Below are positions 30,720 through 41,272 of a DNA stretch of 64,000 nucleotides, piece by piece. How positions within the stretch are numbered: position 1 is the stretch's first letter; the number at the start of each line of letters is the position of its first letter. Both the position numbers and the translations under genes were made by a program. The stretch spans positions 32,001 through 96,000 of the forward strand of contig CAVTNR010000005.1 of assembly GCA_963736115.1 (NCBI GenBank). The letters are read 5' to 3'. This DNA comes from an uncultured bacterium (GTDB lineage Bacteria > Zhuqueibacterota > QNDG01 > DTFT01). Below the pieces are notes generated by a model, which was given only the letters and a program-made list of their open reading frames with translations, did not search any database and was not told where the DNA came from.

Positions 30720-31748
30720 ATGATCTCCACCGTCTGGATTGCCGTCATCGTCACCATCGCCATCGCGCTTCTGTTCGATGTGATCAACGGTTTTCATGAC
30801 GCGGCCAATTCCATCGCCACCGTGGTGTCGACCCGCGTGCTCTCGCCCCGTGTGGCCGTACTCTGGGCGGCCTTCTTCAATTTCATCGCCATGTTCATTT
30901 TCGCGCCGCGGGTGGCCGACACGGTCTCGAAAATCGTGAAGATCGTGCCTTCGGACCGGGACTTCATTGTCGTCGTTCTGGCCGGGCTCATCGGCGCCGT
31001 GATCTGGGACCTGATCACTTGGTGGTGGGGCCTTCCCACGAGCTCCTCCCACGCCCTGATCGGGGGATTCGCCGGAGCCGGTATCACCCACGGAGGATGG
31101 TCCTCCATCCGGTGGGACAAGATGTGGGCCACGATCCAGTTCATCCCCCTGGCTCCCCTGATCGGGATGGTGCTGGGGTTCATCATCATGGTAATCGTGT
31201 ACTGGGTATTCCGCAGATGGCGGCCCGCGGAAGTAGACCGCGTGTTCCGGAGGGGCCAGCTGGTCTCCGCGGCCCTATACTCGCTCGGCCACGGCGGAAA
31301 CGACGCGCAGAAAACCATGGGACTGATCGTGGCCCTGCTCGTCGCGGCCGGCAAATTCGATCTCGACACCCAGCTGTCCCTGACCCACTGGAACACCGCC
31401 TGGATCGTCCTGTCCTGCCATGCGGCCATGGCCTTCGGCACGGCCATCGGCGGCTGGCGCATTGTGAAGACCATGGGACAGAAACTGACCAAGCTGAAAC
31501 CGGTGCACGGATTCTGCGCCGAGACCGCGGGCGCCGTCACCATTTTCGCGGCCACCCACATGGGCATTCCCGTATCCACGACGCATACTATTTCCGGGGC
31601 CATCGTCGGAGTCGGGTCCACGCACAGCCGGTCGAGCGTCCGATGGGCCGTGGCACTGAACATCGTGGTGGCCTGGGTGATCACAATCCCCATCGCCGCT
31701 CTGATTTCAGCCGGCGCGTATGAAGCGCTGAGCCGGCTGATCCGCTGA
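30720..31748 (+). CDS. pit: Inorganic phosphate transporter (Pit family)
   Basis: NGFHDAANSIATVVST, GLPTSSSHAL, HGGNDAQKTMG, GIPVSTTH. Confidence 0.95.
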   Translation: MISTVWIAVIVTIAIALLFDVINGFHDAANSIATVVSTRVLSPRVAVLWAAFFNFIAMFIFAPRVADTVSKIVKIVPSDRDFIVVVLAGLIGAVIWDLITWWWGLPTSSSHALIGGFAGAGITHGGWSSIRWDKMWATIQFIPLAPLIGMVLGFIIMVIVYWVFRRWRPAEVDRVFRRGQLVSAALYSLGHGGNDAQKTMGLIVALLVAAGKFDLDTQLSLTHWNTAWIVLSCHAAMAFGTAIGGWRIVKTMGQKLTKLKPVHGFCAETAGAVTIFAATHMGIPVSTTHTISGAIVGVGSTHSRSSVRWAVALNIVVAWVITIPIAALISAGAYEALSRLIR

Positions 31749-31784
31749 CGAAAACAGAGACCTGAAAGGTCTTCATTAAAGAAA

Positions 31785-31929
31785 GTTCATAGTTCATGGT
31801 TCATAGTTCTGAAAGCGTTAAAATTCAGTTCAGAGTCTGAAAAAAAAAGCCGCAAGGTTCTGCTTGCGGCTTGTTTTTTTGGGGAGGGGGGGCGGGGAAC
31901 TATGAACTATGAACCATGAACAATGAACT
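31785..31929. repeat. Inverted GTTCAT(A/G/T) heptamer arrays flanking a bidirectional terminator
   Basis: gttcatagttcatggttcatagttc ... gaactatgaactatgaaccatgaacaatgaac. Confidence 0.85.
31839..31880. terminator. Bidirectional terminator between pit and the TolB-like gene
   Basis: A-run AAGCCGCAAG-loop-CTTGCGGCTT T-run. Confidence 0.8.
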
Positions 31930-31933
31930 TTTC

Positions 31934-33500
31934 TTACCGTGCCGGCTGCCAGGTTTGTTCCTCCGCGTCCATATCCTTCGAGGATGAGACGACCGGACCC
32001 GCGGACCGGCTGTTCAACGTCCGGTCCGTGTCGAGCGCCGCGTCGAGTATCTTCTTCCTGCTCTGACGGACGGGTTCGGCAACCAGCTCCGGCACATTGA
32101 ACGTATAGAGGTGGGACTCGTACAGGCCCGGATCCTTCTGCGGAAGCACGAACGGTTTGGAAACCGCGCCGTCCGCATCCACATGCGCGAAATACGGCCT
32201 GGCCAGCACGCCGTCTCCCCGCTTGCTGCTGAATACGAACCAGCGGCTGCCGGATGACCAGGAATGATAACTGTCGGATTGGCCGCTGTTGCATTCAAGC
32301 CGCCGGAACGTTCCTGATTCCAGGTCCATCATATACAGGTCCGTTCCGGGACGGTAGATGGAAAAATTGCCGTACTCGCAGAGGCAGAACAGCAGAAAAC
32401 GGCCGTCCGGCGACACGCGAGGGTGGGTCGCGCTGAGCCCGGTCCGGGCCGCGGCCAGCACCGTGACCGGCCGGCCGAATCCGCCCGTCACCGGATCATA
32501 GGACGCTTTCATCAGGTCGTATTTGATTTTCCGGTAGGTGTGGCGTTCGAAGAATCCGGTCGTGTCATAGGCCGGAGCGCTGCAGAAATACAGGGTGCGG
32601 CCGTCCGGCGCCCAGGCCGGGTAGGTTTCGAGCCGCGAGGGATCCGCGATTTCCGGCGGCGCGGCCACGGACAGCGGAATCGATCCGGCAGACGGCCAGA
32701 TCCGAGGTCAGGTCGTACACGTCGCGGTTCGGTCCGGCCGTGTGGAAGAACTGTTTGACCTTCATGTTCGCGAATGCGAGGGTCCGGCCGTCCGGGTGCC
32801 AGGACGCGTACGCCGCGGGCGCCGGGACCTGCCCGGTCTGCGTCCGCATCAGCCGGGTCCGCCCGTCCACCGTGAGGAGCATGGCCGTGGACGGCGCGCC
32901 GCGCAGGTGAACGAGCCAGCGGTCCGTGCGATTCCCGGAGAATGTGTGGCAGTTGAAGCACCCGTCCTGCATGGCCCGGTTGTCCAGAATGACGCGTTCT
33001 TCGAAGCTCCCGAGGTTCCGTTCAACGACGGACAGTCGCTTCCAGAAAATGCAGACCGGCGGCATTTTCCGGTACACGAGAAAACCGTCAATGGAATCGG
33101 GAGACACACGGTTGACGATCGGGTCGAACCGGAGCCACCGGTCCAGTGAATCCCGGACCGTGACCGAAAACCGAATGTCCCGGCCCCGGTTGGCGTCGAG
33201 CAGGCGGCGCCACGGACCGGCCGGAAAAACCACATCCCGGCCCCTTCCCCGGAACCGGAATCCGGTCCCGTCCGCGCCTTTCGCTTCGACCCGGAAGTCT
33301 TCGGCCTTTTCCATCACCCGGAAATTCAGCGGCGCGAGATTCGGCGGGATTTCAATTCCGGAATAATCCGGTTCAATCACGGGCGGCCGGCCGATGGCCT
33401 GAACAGCACCCGGATCCGGCGAGCCGCATCCCGCGAGAAAACCAGCCGCCGGAAAAACGGCCAGACACAGCCGCAGTGCGCATCGGAACGGATGGTTCAT
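31934..33500 (-). CDS. TolB-like/PD40-repeat lipoprotein; frameshift at ~32675
   Basis: LAGC lipobox, PDYSGIEIPPNLAPLNF, CFNCH, YASWHPDG; second frame YPAWAPDG, HPRVSPDG, DSYHSWS, FVLPQKDP. Confidence 0.8.
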
Positions 33501-35359
33501 CGGGAACCCCTGGTTTCGGATGGGTGCGCCGGCGCCCGGCGTCCGGCCGCCTGGCGGGTGAAAGCGTAATACCAGAATGTGCCGCTGAAAGAGGCCTGCA
33601 GATCGGCGCCTGCCGCGGCCCGATCTCCCCGGTGCCGGCCGAGAATCCGGTTGAATTCGCCGAACCGCCGAACTGTTTCAGGCGCGACGGCCCGCACCTC
33701 CGGCGGCGGCTCTTTTTGCCCGCTCAAAGCCCATCTCAGCACGAGCGCCTCCTCAACATGCCGCGGAATCCGGGGATAACCGAGCGCTTGGAAAGCCCGG
33801 ATGAAATCAGGCAGATCCTTCAGCCGGCCGGCCAGGAGATCCATCGCGACGCGGTATTCAAGCGCCATCCGGTTGTCCGGATGATCGCGGAGCAGGCTGT
33901 CCATCTCGGCGGGCGGATGGCCGTTGAACGCGATAAAACCCGTCCTCCCGGGAAAGGCGCGGCCGTGCCGCACGGCGGGATCGGCCGCAGCAGCCGCGGG
34001 ATCGCGGAACATGCGCCGGATCACGACCGCATCCCCGCGGAGAAACAGGCCACGGTCCATGCGGTTCAGGCAGACCGCGGCCGCCGCCGTGTCGCCGAGA
34101 ACAAAATGCGCGAGACTGAGCCGTTTCAGGATCCACGGCGTCTCCCCGTCCGTGCTGAGGGCCTCCAGCGCCCAATGCCGCGACTCATCGATGGAACCCA
34201 GGTCCCAGCAGAAGTCGCTTTCCTGAAGGGGCGCGGACTCGCTGAACTTCCGCGGGAGGGTGAGGCCGGACTGCCCGAACGGCTGCGGAAGAGTGAATAG
34301 ATCATCCAGCAGACGGCCCGAATGATAGAGAGCCCGATTGGCCTGAAAGGTCACGATCAGCGGGGGCCGGGTCTCTTTCGAAGTCAGATGGAGGATTCTC
34401 TCCCATTGCCTGAAACGCGCCATTCTGTCCACGGTCAGCAATAGACGGTTGTTTTTCTCTATGGGGAAAACCGCGGCCGCGGCGGTCAGAGAGGCAAGCG
34501 CGGCTGTCCGCAGAAGGAAGCGGAGTCGGGACGATCGGATGCGGAACCGTTCCGGAATAATCGAACGACCGCTCAAGGCCGGATGCGTCATCAGAACAAG
34601 GGCCGGAAAAAAAGCGGCCAGAAGAACGGAGACAGCCGCGGCCAATCCGGTTCTCTCGAAATCCAGCAGGGACAGCCGGGCCCCGGCCGGATCGAGAATG
34701 AAGAGATGCCGTGCCGCCGGCGGAATCAGAACAGCGGCTGCGGTCATGACCGCGGCCGCGGCCGGCCGTTTCGCGTGAACCATTTCAATCAGGATGCAGA
34801 GCACGGCGAAAAGCAGGAAGAAGCCGGCCGCCAGGTAATACAGAACGAGGATGAGCGAAAAATAGGCGGCCAGCCTGGGCATCCATTTTGAGGGCACCCG
34901 CGCGAATGCGGCGGACGCGGCCAGGACAGCCAGCAGACCCAGGTCCGCTGCCAGGGGAACCGTATAGCAGGCGTGAAGGCCGGTCAACAGAGCGGCTGGA
35001 ATGAGATGGAGCGCTGCGGCCCGGCCGTAGGGCCTCAGCCCGCGGATCAGCGCGGCCGTGAGCCCGGAGACGGCCCAGGCCAGGGCGGTGAGCAGAGCCG
35101 CGCCTGCCGCCGGATAAAACAGCGCCTGGCTGAGCAGTCCGGAAAGCCATTCGAAAGGCCCGCCGGGACGGTTCAGAAAACCGGCCGCGAAATCAGAGGC
35201 CGGCGGAAACACCGGCGACTGCCGGTGATGGATCAGCGAGGGATCGATCCGGAGAAGCAGAATCAGGAAGAGAGCGGCGAAGAAAGCCGCATCCCGGAGG
35301 ATCGGCCAGGCGGCCGGCATTTCATCTGTCGAACTCTCCGAAGCAGGACGGGTTTTCAT
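33497..35359 (-). CDS. DUF6057-like multi-pass membrane protein
   Basis: RPGG..EWLSGLLSQALFYPAAGA, many TM segments, PDNRMALEY, EEALV, GTFWYY; typical partner of the TolB-like gene. Confidence 0.7.
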   Translation of the reverse strand: MKTRPASESSTDEMPAAWPILRDAAFFAALFLILLLRIDPSLIHHRQSPVFPPASDFAAGFLNRPGGPFEWLSGLLSQALFYPAAGAALLTALAWAVSGLTAALIRGLRPYGRAAALHLIPAALLTGLHACYTVPLAADLGLLAVLAASAAFARVPSKWMPRLAAYFSLILVLYYLAAGFFLLFAVLCILIEMVHAKRPAAAAVMTAAAVLIPPAARHLFILDPAGARLSLLDFERTGLAAAVSVLLAAFFPALVLMTHPALSGRSIIPERFRIRSSRLRFLLRTAALASLTAAAAVFPIEKNNRLLLTVDRMARFRQWERILHLTSKETRPPLIVTFQANRALYHSGRLLDDLFTLPQPFGQSGLTLPRKFSESAPLQESDFCWDLGSIDESRHWALEALSTDGETPWILKRLSLAHFVLGDTAAAAVCLNRMDRGLFLRGDAVVIRRMFRDPAAAAADPAVRHGRAFPGRTGFIAFNGHPPAEMDSLLRDHPDNRMALEYRVAMDLLAGRLKDLPDFIRAFQALGYPRIPRHVEEALVLRWALSGQKEPPPEVRAVAPETVRRFGEFNRILGRHRGDRAAAGADLQASFSGTFWYYAFTRQAAGRRAPAHPSETRGSR

Positions 35360-35437
35360 CTGGATTTCCCCGATTACGCAAGATGAGTCAGATTTATCAA
35401 AATTGGACGATCCTGTCAAAACGGCCCTGGCTTCGCC

Positions 35438-36781
35438 TCAACCGTCCCCTCCGCTGTCCGGAACCGGAATCCCCCTTGCCGTTCCCCCTTCCATCGCCTC
35501 CGTGACACGCACCCGGACGATTCGGTTGACCCGATCCGGCCCGACCCGCGCTTCCACGCGGAGATACTCGGACGAGAATCCGGAGAGCAAACCGTTCCGG
35601 ACGCCGGATTCGAAAAGGACATCGATCGTCCGGCCGACGGCACTGCGGCAGAAGGCATCCCGCTTCTCCTGGCCTATCCCGCGGAGGACCCGGGCCCGTT
35701 CGATACGGACGCCGGCCGGCACGGAACCGGGCATCACAGCCGCGGCCGTGTTCTTCCGCGGCGAAAACGGAAAAACATGGAGGTAGGTGAACGGCAGGGA
35801 TTCGATGAACCGTACGGTTTCCAAAAAATGCGCTTCCGTCTCGCCCGGGAATCCGGTGATCACGTCCGTGCCGAGCCCGAAAAAATCCATCCGGTTTTCG
35901 ATGGACCGGACGAGAGCGGCGAACGTTTCCGTATCGGACCGTCTTTGCATCAGCCGGAGCACGGCGTCCGATCCGGACTGCAGGGACACGTGGAAATGAC
36001 GGCAGATCCGGACGTGCCGCGCCGCCGTATCGAGCAGAGCCTCCGTGCATTCGTCCGGATCCAGGGATGTCAGACGGATCCGTCCGATTCCCTCCACGCG
36101 GGCCAGCTGATCGAGCAGGTCCGGAAAATCCGGTTTCCCGCCCGGGAAGTCCTTTCCGTAGTCTCCGATATGCGTGCCGGTCACCACGATTTCCGTGAAT
36201 CCGCGGCGCGTCAGTGCTTCGGCGTTCCGAATCACGGCGTCGGGCGGCTCGCTCCTTCCCGGACCCCTCGCCGTCGGAACGATGCAATACGCGCAGTGCC
36301 GGTCGCATCCGCTCTGGACCTTGAGGAACGCGCGGGTTCGGCCGCCCGCAACCGGTTCCGGCGCGGTTCCGGCCGCCTCTTCCGCGCAGCCGGCAACCGG
36401 GACGGCATGATCGGACACCGCGATCAGCGGGACGCGCCGTTTGGCCGTTCCTTCGATCAGATCCGGGAGCCGGAACTTGTCGGCCGTCCCGACCACGTAA
36501 TCGACTCCCGGAATCGCGGCCAGTTCGGCCGCGGAAACCTGGGCGTAGCATCCGGCCGCCACGATCACCGTGCCGGGATTCAGCCGGAGCGCATGGGCCA
36601 CCGCCTGGCGGCACTTGGCGTCGCTCCGGCCGGTCACGGTGCAGGTGTGGATGACCGCCACATCCGCGGCCTCCCCGGGGCCGACCACGGCCCAGCCCCG
36701 CCGCAGAAACCGGCCGGCCAGGTCATCCGTCTCCGCCTGGTTCAGCTTGCACCCCAATGTACGGAATGAGACAGTGGGCAT
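35438..36781 (-). CDS. mtaB: tRNA t6A37 methylthiotransferase
   Basis: TLGCKLNQAET, HTCTVT, GCYAQ, RTRAFLKVQSGCDRHCAYC, HVFPFSPR.NT. Confidence 0.92.
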   Translation of the reverse strand: MPTVSFRTLGCKLNQAETDDLAGRFLRRGWAVVGPGEAADVAVIHTCTVTGRSDAKCRQAVAHALRLNPGTVIVAAGCYAQVSAAELAAIPGVDYVVGTADKFRLPDLIEGTAKRRVPLIAVSDHAVPVAGCAEEAAGTAPEPVAGGRTRAFLKVQSGCDRHCAYCIVPTARGPGRSEPPDAVIRNAEALTRRGFTEIVVTGTHIGDYGKDFPGGKPDFPDLLDQLARVEGIGRIRLTSLDPDECTEALLDTAARHVRICRHFHVSLQSGSDAVLRLMQRRSDTETFAALVRSIENRMDFFGLGTDVITGFPGETEAHFLETVRFIESLPFTYLHVFPFSPRKNTAAAVMPGSVPAGVRIERARVLRGIGQEKRDAFCRSAVGRTIDVLFESGVRNGLLSGFSSEYLRVEARVGPDRVNRIVRVRVTEAMEGGTARGIPVPDSGGDG

Positions 36782-36790
36782 TGCCGCCTT

Positions 36791-36827
36791 AAAAAACTTG
36801 GAGTTGGACCCCGGCGGATCCAACTCC
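36791..36827 (-). terminator. Terminator downstream of rpsA
   Basis: GGAGTTGGATCC-GCCG-GGGTCCAACTCC-AAGTTTTTT on the minus strand. Confidence 0.7.
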
Positions 36828-36851
36828 ATGATGCCGATGAGGAGCGCGGGT

Positions 36852-36971
36852 GTTGAAGATTCCCCGCGAGAAGCCGCGGGGAATCTTCTATCTGTAGTGA
36901 AGAAAATACACTATATTCGCTCGCATACCCCGCCGCAAGCGGCGGGGTATGCGCGAGCGATCAGATTCAGC
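36852..36971 (+). mobile_element. ~120-bp double-palindrome element, copy 2 (intergenic, rpsA-mtaB)
   Basis: GTTGAAGATTCCCCGCGAGAAGCCGCGGGGAATCTTCTATCTGTAG...TATTCGCTCGCATACCCCGCCGCAAGCGGCGGGGTATGCGCGAGCGATCAGATTCAGC. Confidence 0.85.
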
Positions 36972-37021
36972 CGGATCCCCGCGTTCCGCGTCCGAACTTG
37001 GACGGCGCGTCGTCCGGCGGT

Positions 37022-38986
37022 TTACGCGGCCGGTTCGCCCTCGGGAGCCGCCTCACCCTCGGGAGCCGGCTCACCCTCGGGAGCCGCCTCTTCGGCCGGC
37101 GCGTCGCCCGCGTCCTCTTTCTTTTTTCCGGCTTTCTTCTTCACCGGTTTGTCGGCGGACGCCAGGGAGATCTCTCCCAGCGTGGCCGGAGCGGCGTTCG
37201 TGTCGAGGTAAGCCGACACGTCAACCGATTCGGCCGTCGAGGTTTTCTGCTTCTCCACGTCGAGCAGTTTCTTCCTGGAGAGGACGACCCGCTTGTTCTC
37301 ACGGTCGAACTCGATCACGATGAGCTGGATCTCGTCGCCCTCCTTGATATTCTGCTGGATCCTGGCCATGGAGTTTTCGGGCATCTGCGACAGTGGGACG
37401 AATCCCTCCAGCCCGAGGGGCAGTTCAACCACGATGCCCTTTTCCATGAACTTGGTCACCTTGACGGGGGTGATGGTGTCGACCTTATAGGTCTCCTCGA
37501 ACGCGGCCCACGGGTCCTCGGTGAGCTGCTTGTAGCCGAGCGACAGGCGCCGTTCGGCCTTGTTGATCTCGAGCACCATGACTTCCACGTCCTGACCCTT
37601 CTTCAGGACTTCGCTGGGATGCTTGACTTTTTTGGTCCAGGACAGATCGGATATATGGATGAGGCCGTCGATCCCGTCCTCCATCTCCACGAACGCGCCA
37701 AAATTGGTGAGATTGCGGACGCGCCCCTTGATCTGGGTGCCGACCGGGTACTTGATCTCGATCTGGTCCCACGGGTCGGGCAGGAGCTGTTTGATGCCCA
37801 GCGAGATGCGCTTCCGGTCCTTCTCGATGGAGAGGATCTTGACGTCGATCTGGTCCCCCACGTTGAGAATCTTGGAGGGATGCACGACGTTCCGGGTCCA
37901 CGACATCTCGGACACGTGGATCAGGCCCTCGACGCCCTTCTGAAGTTCAACAAAGGCGCCGTAATCCGCGATGGAGACCACCTTGCCCTTCACGATGGTA
38001 CCGACCGGGAACTTCGTCTCGATGTTCTCCCACGGATGGGCCTGGAGCTGCTTCATGCCGAGCGAGATGCGGTCCTTCGCCTCGTTGAAGTCGAGAACAA
38101 CGACCTTGATATGCTCGTCGAACTTGACCACCTCGGACGGATGGTTGATCCGGCCCCAGGAGAGATCGTTGATATGAAGCAGGCCGTCCACGCCGCCGAG
38201 ATCCACGAACACGCCGAAATCCGTGATGTTCTTGACGGTCCCCTCGCGCACCTGACCCTTCTGGAGTTCCTCGAGAATCACCTTGCGCTTCTCGGCCATG
38301 CTCTCCTCGAGAATGGCGCGGCGGGAGACGACGATGTTCTTGCGCAGTTTGTTGACCTTCACGATCTTGAACTCGAACATCTGCCCGATGAGGGCGTCGA
38401 AGTCACGTACCGGCTTGACGTCAATCTGAGAGCCGGGCAGGAACGCGTCCACGCCCATGAGATCGACGACAATGCCGCCCTTGATCCGGCGCACGCAGCG
38501 TCCCTGAATGGTCAGCCCCTGGTCGTGGATGTCGATCACCCGGTCCCAGGTGCGCATGAAATCGGCCTTCTTTTTAGACAGAATCAGCTGACCGTCGGAG
38601 TCCTCCATGGAATCGAGGAACACGTCGACCCGGTCGCCCACCTTGACCACGGGAGGCATGCCGAACTCCTCGAGCGGAATCGTGCCTTCCGATTTGAATC
38701 CGATGTCGACCACCACCTCCTGATTGGCGATGGCGAGCACGCGGCCGGTGACGATCTGCCCCTCGTCGATGTCCTTGAGGGTGCGTCCGTACAGTTCGCT
38801 GAACTTCAGATATTCCTCTTCGGAATAGCCCAAGTCCTCCGCCGCCCTCTGCTGTTCCGCGGTGAAAGCCGGTTTCACAGGCTGGGCTGCGGGCTCGATC
38901 GGATCACCTCCTTCGCCGGACGGTGCCGGCGCCCAGTTCGGGACGCCGGTCACTTCGTCTTGGTTTGTTTTTTCAACATCCGCCAT
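37022..38986 (-). CDS. rpsA: 30S ribosomal protein S1
   Basis: Six S1 domains (DIGFKSEG, FLPGSQID, DFGVFVDLGGVDGLLHI, YGAFVEL..GVEGLIHVSEMSW); C-terminal PEGEPA repeats. Confidence 0.97.
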   Translation of the reverse strand: MADVEKTNQDEVTGVPNWAPAPSGEGGDPIEPAAQPVKPAFTAEQQRAAEDLGYSEEEYLKFSELYGRTLKDIDEGQIVTGRVLAIANQEVVVDIGFKSEGTIPLEEFGMPPVVKVGDRVDVFLDSMEDSDGQLILSKKKADFMRTWDRVIDIHDQGLTIQGRCVRRIKGGIVVDLMGVDAFLPGSQIDVKPVRDFDALIGQMFEFKIVKVNKLRKNIVVSRRAILEESMAEKRKVILEELQKGQVREGTVKNITDFGVFVDLGGVDGLLHINDLSWGRINHPSEVVKFDEHIKVVVLDFNEAKDRISLGMKQLQAHPWENIETKFPVGTIVKGKVVSIADYGAFVELQKGVEGLIHVSEMSWTRNVVHPSKILNVGDQIDVKILSIEKDRKRISLGIKQLLPDPWDQIEIKYPVGTQIKGRVRNLTNFGAFVEMEDGIDGLIHISDLSWTKKVKHPSEVLKKGQDVEVMVLEINKAERRLSLGYKQLTEDPWAAFEETYKVDTITPVKVTKFMEKGIVVELPLGLEGFVPLSQMPENSMARIQQNIKEGDEIQLIVIEFDRENKRVVLSRKKLLDVEKQKTSTAESVDVSAYLDTNAAPATLGEISLASADKPVKKKAGKKKEDAGDAPAEEAAPEGEPAPEGEAAPEGEPAA

Positions 38987-39885
38987 AAAAATGGTCCTCC
39001 TTTTCTATTTTTCAACCCTTTCGGGCTGTTTCCGATGTCTTCAAGGAACAGGCGCATCTCGTCGAGCTGCCAGCGGGGCGTCGAGGCGCCGCCGGAAATG
39101 CCGACATGGTGGCCGTTCTTGAACAGGGCGCGCTTCAGTTCATCCGGCGCCTCGATTAAAAATGTGTTCCGGTTTTTCGCGCGGGCGGTCTCGTACAGAA
39201 GCCGGCCGTTCGCGGAGCTCCGCCCGGCCACGAGCACAACGAAATCCAGCGGCTCGGCGAAAACGCGGATGTCGGCCTGGCGGTTCTTGAGAAAGCGGCA
39301 GGTCGTGTCCGCGATTTTCAGTCCGGGGACGCGCTTGGCCAGGGCGTGGCGGACGGCGGCGAAGAGCTCGGGATCCACCGTGGACTGGGCGAGCAGCAGG
39401 GTGCGGTTTTCCACGTCGAGCATCGCGGCCGCGCGCGCATTCGTCGCGACCGCGCCGTTTTCACCGGCCCGGGCCATCAGGCCTTTGACCTCGGGGTGGC
39501 CGGGATCGCCCGTCACCACGATCCGCCAGCCTTCCCGGACATGCTGCAGGACAAGGTCCTGCGAATGCCGGACGATCGGACAGGTGGCGTCGACGATTTT
39601 CATGCCGTATCCCCGGGCTCTGGCCACCAGCGCTTCGGATTCGCCGTGCGCGCGAAGCAGAAGCGACTGGCCGGCCAGAAGCTTCCGCATCCCGCGGTCG
39701 GAAAAATCCTCGGGACGCACGGGCCGGAGTCCGAGCCCCTCGAGCCGCTCCACCTCCCGCCGATTATGAATGAGTTCGCCCGCGGAGAACAGGGTCTCCC
39801 CCCGGCGCAGTGCGTCTTCGGCCAGCGCAATGGCCCGTTCCACGCCGGGACAGGGCCTGGCTTTCGGGTCAACTGTGACGACCAT
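38950..39885 (-). CDS. ispH: 4-hydroxy-3-methylbut-2-enyl diphosphate reductase
   Basis: CPGVERA, LIHN, RAHG, DATCP, GHPEV, DTTC, SSAN, GASTP. Confidence 0.92.
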   Translation of the reverse strand: MVVTVDPKARPCPGVERAIALAEDALRRGETLFSAGELIHNRREVERLEGLGLRPVRPEDFSDRGMRKLLAGQSLLLRAHGESEALVARARGYGMKIVDATCPIVRHSQDLVLQHVREGWRIVVTGDPGHPEVKGLMARAGENGAVATNARAAAMLDVENRTLLLAQSTVDPELFAAVRHALAKRVPGLKIADTTCRFLKNRQADIRVFAEPLDFVVLVAGRSSANGRLLYETARAKNRNTFLIEAPDELKRALFKNGHHVGISGGASTPRWQLDEMRLFLEDIGNSPKGLKNRKGGPFLWRMLKKQTKTK

Positions 39886-40501
39886 CCTGGAGTTCCTTGA
39901 TTCGGGTCATGGTGTCTTCTCCGATGCGCCTGTACCATTCCTTCACCGACATCCCACGGGGAGGCGAGGCGGGAACGGCGAACGGCTCCCCGAACCGGAT
40001 TTCCACGCGCCTGCAGGGGAAGTTGCGGAGAAGGTGGAACGTTCCGGACAGGTGCACCGGCAGGATCGGGCATCCGGAGCGGGCCGCCAGCATGCCGACC
40101 CCGCGCCGGCCCTGCTGCAGCCGCCCCGTCCTGGAACGGGTGCCCTCGGGAAACAATAGCAGGGGTTTTCCGGATTCGAGCGCCTCCGCGGCCGCGCGCA
40201 GCGCGCCCGTATCCGCGGAACCCCGGTGCAGGGGAATACTCCCGAGGTGCCGGAGCAGGCGGGCCAGAAGCGGATTCCGGAAAAGCTCCGCCTTCGCCAG
40301 AAACGCCAGCTGCCGGGGGCAGGCGAGACCCATGAAAACGGGATCGTAGTTCGCGCAGTGGTTCACGGCCACAATGACTCCGCCGGTTTCGGGGAGGCTC
40401 GCCTCGCCGCTCACGCGCACTCCGAAGAAGGCCCGTATCAGCGGGTAGCCGACGGTGTACAGGGCCTGATAGACCGAGTTGTCCGGGAATCTACGGGCCA
40501 C
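39869..40501 (-). CDS. plsC: 1-acyl-sn-glycerol-3-phosphate acyltransferase
   Basis: NHCANYDP, FLAKAELF, FPEGTRS. Confidence 0.9.
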   Translation of the reverse strand: MARRFPDNSVYQALYTVGYPLIRAFFGVRVSGEASLPETGGVIVAVNHCANYDPVFMGLACPRQLAFLAKAELFRNPLLARLLRHLGSIPLHRGSADTGALRAAAEALESGKPLLLFPEGTRSRTGRLQQGRRGVGMLAARSGCPILPVHLSGTFHLLRNFPCRRVEIRFGEPFAVPASPPRGMSVKEWYRRIGEDTMTRIKELQDGRHS

Positions 40502-41272
40502 CGCGTTCCCCCTGTTTCCGACGGACGGCTTCGAGAATGAGGCTGACCTGGCCGTCCAGCGTCAGCCCGGTCGTATCGATCGTGACGGCGTCCCCGGCGG
40601 GCCGGAGCGGGCTGTGCGCACGCCGGCTGTCCCGGAGGTCGCGGGCTTCAATTTCGCCGGCGATACGCTCGACCGGGACCGAAATGCCCCTGGCCTCCTG
40701 GTCGCGCTTCCGGCGCTCCGCCCGCTCTTCCAGCGAGGCGGTGAAGTAGAATTTCAGGTCCGCATCCGGAAAAACCACCGTGCCCTGGTCCCGGCCGTCG
40801 GTGATCAGGTTGCCCCGTTCGGCGAAAGCCCGCTGGCGCGGGACGAGCGCCTCGCGCACGCCCGCGATCTCGCAGACCGGACCCACGGCACGGTCCACCT
40901 CCGGCGTGCGGATGTCGGCGGTGACGTCACGGCCGTCGAGAAGAACGCGCAATCCGTTTTTTTCCGGATCAGATCGATCCGGCAGGAACGGGCCGCATCC
41001 GCGATGCGTCCGGCGTCGGTCAGGGGGATCGATTCGCGGAGCACCTTGAGGGCCACGGCCCGGTACATCGCTCCGGTGTCGAGGTAGAGCCAGCCGAGCT
41101 TTTCGGCGGCCAGGCGGGCGGTCGTGCTTTTTCCGGACGCGGCCGGTCCGTCGAGTGTGACGACGGTTCCGCGTTCCGGGCTTGGAGTGAGTGGGTTGAT
41201 AATGAACCCGGTTCGGTTATGGGTGAATGAAGGGCGATGGACGACGGGCCATCGTTTCCCGACTGTTTTCAC
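40491..41272 (-). CDS. cmk: Cytidylate kinase; frameshift at an A-run ~40957-40963; start uncertain
   Basis: [21 protein letters not shown]; second frame [22 protein letters not shown]. Confidence 0.88.

Noticed and set aside
37025-37095. 18-bp tandem repeats at the rpsA 3' end
   Set aside because: Ordinary low-complexity acidic tail (PEGEPA/PEGEAA)
36998-39769. 923-aa plus-strand ORF
   Set aside because: Antisense shadow of rpsA/ispH caused by high-GC codon bias; no recognisable motifs
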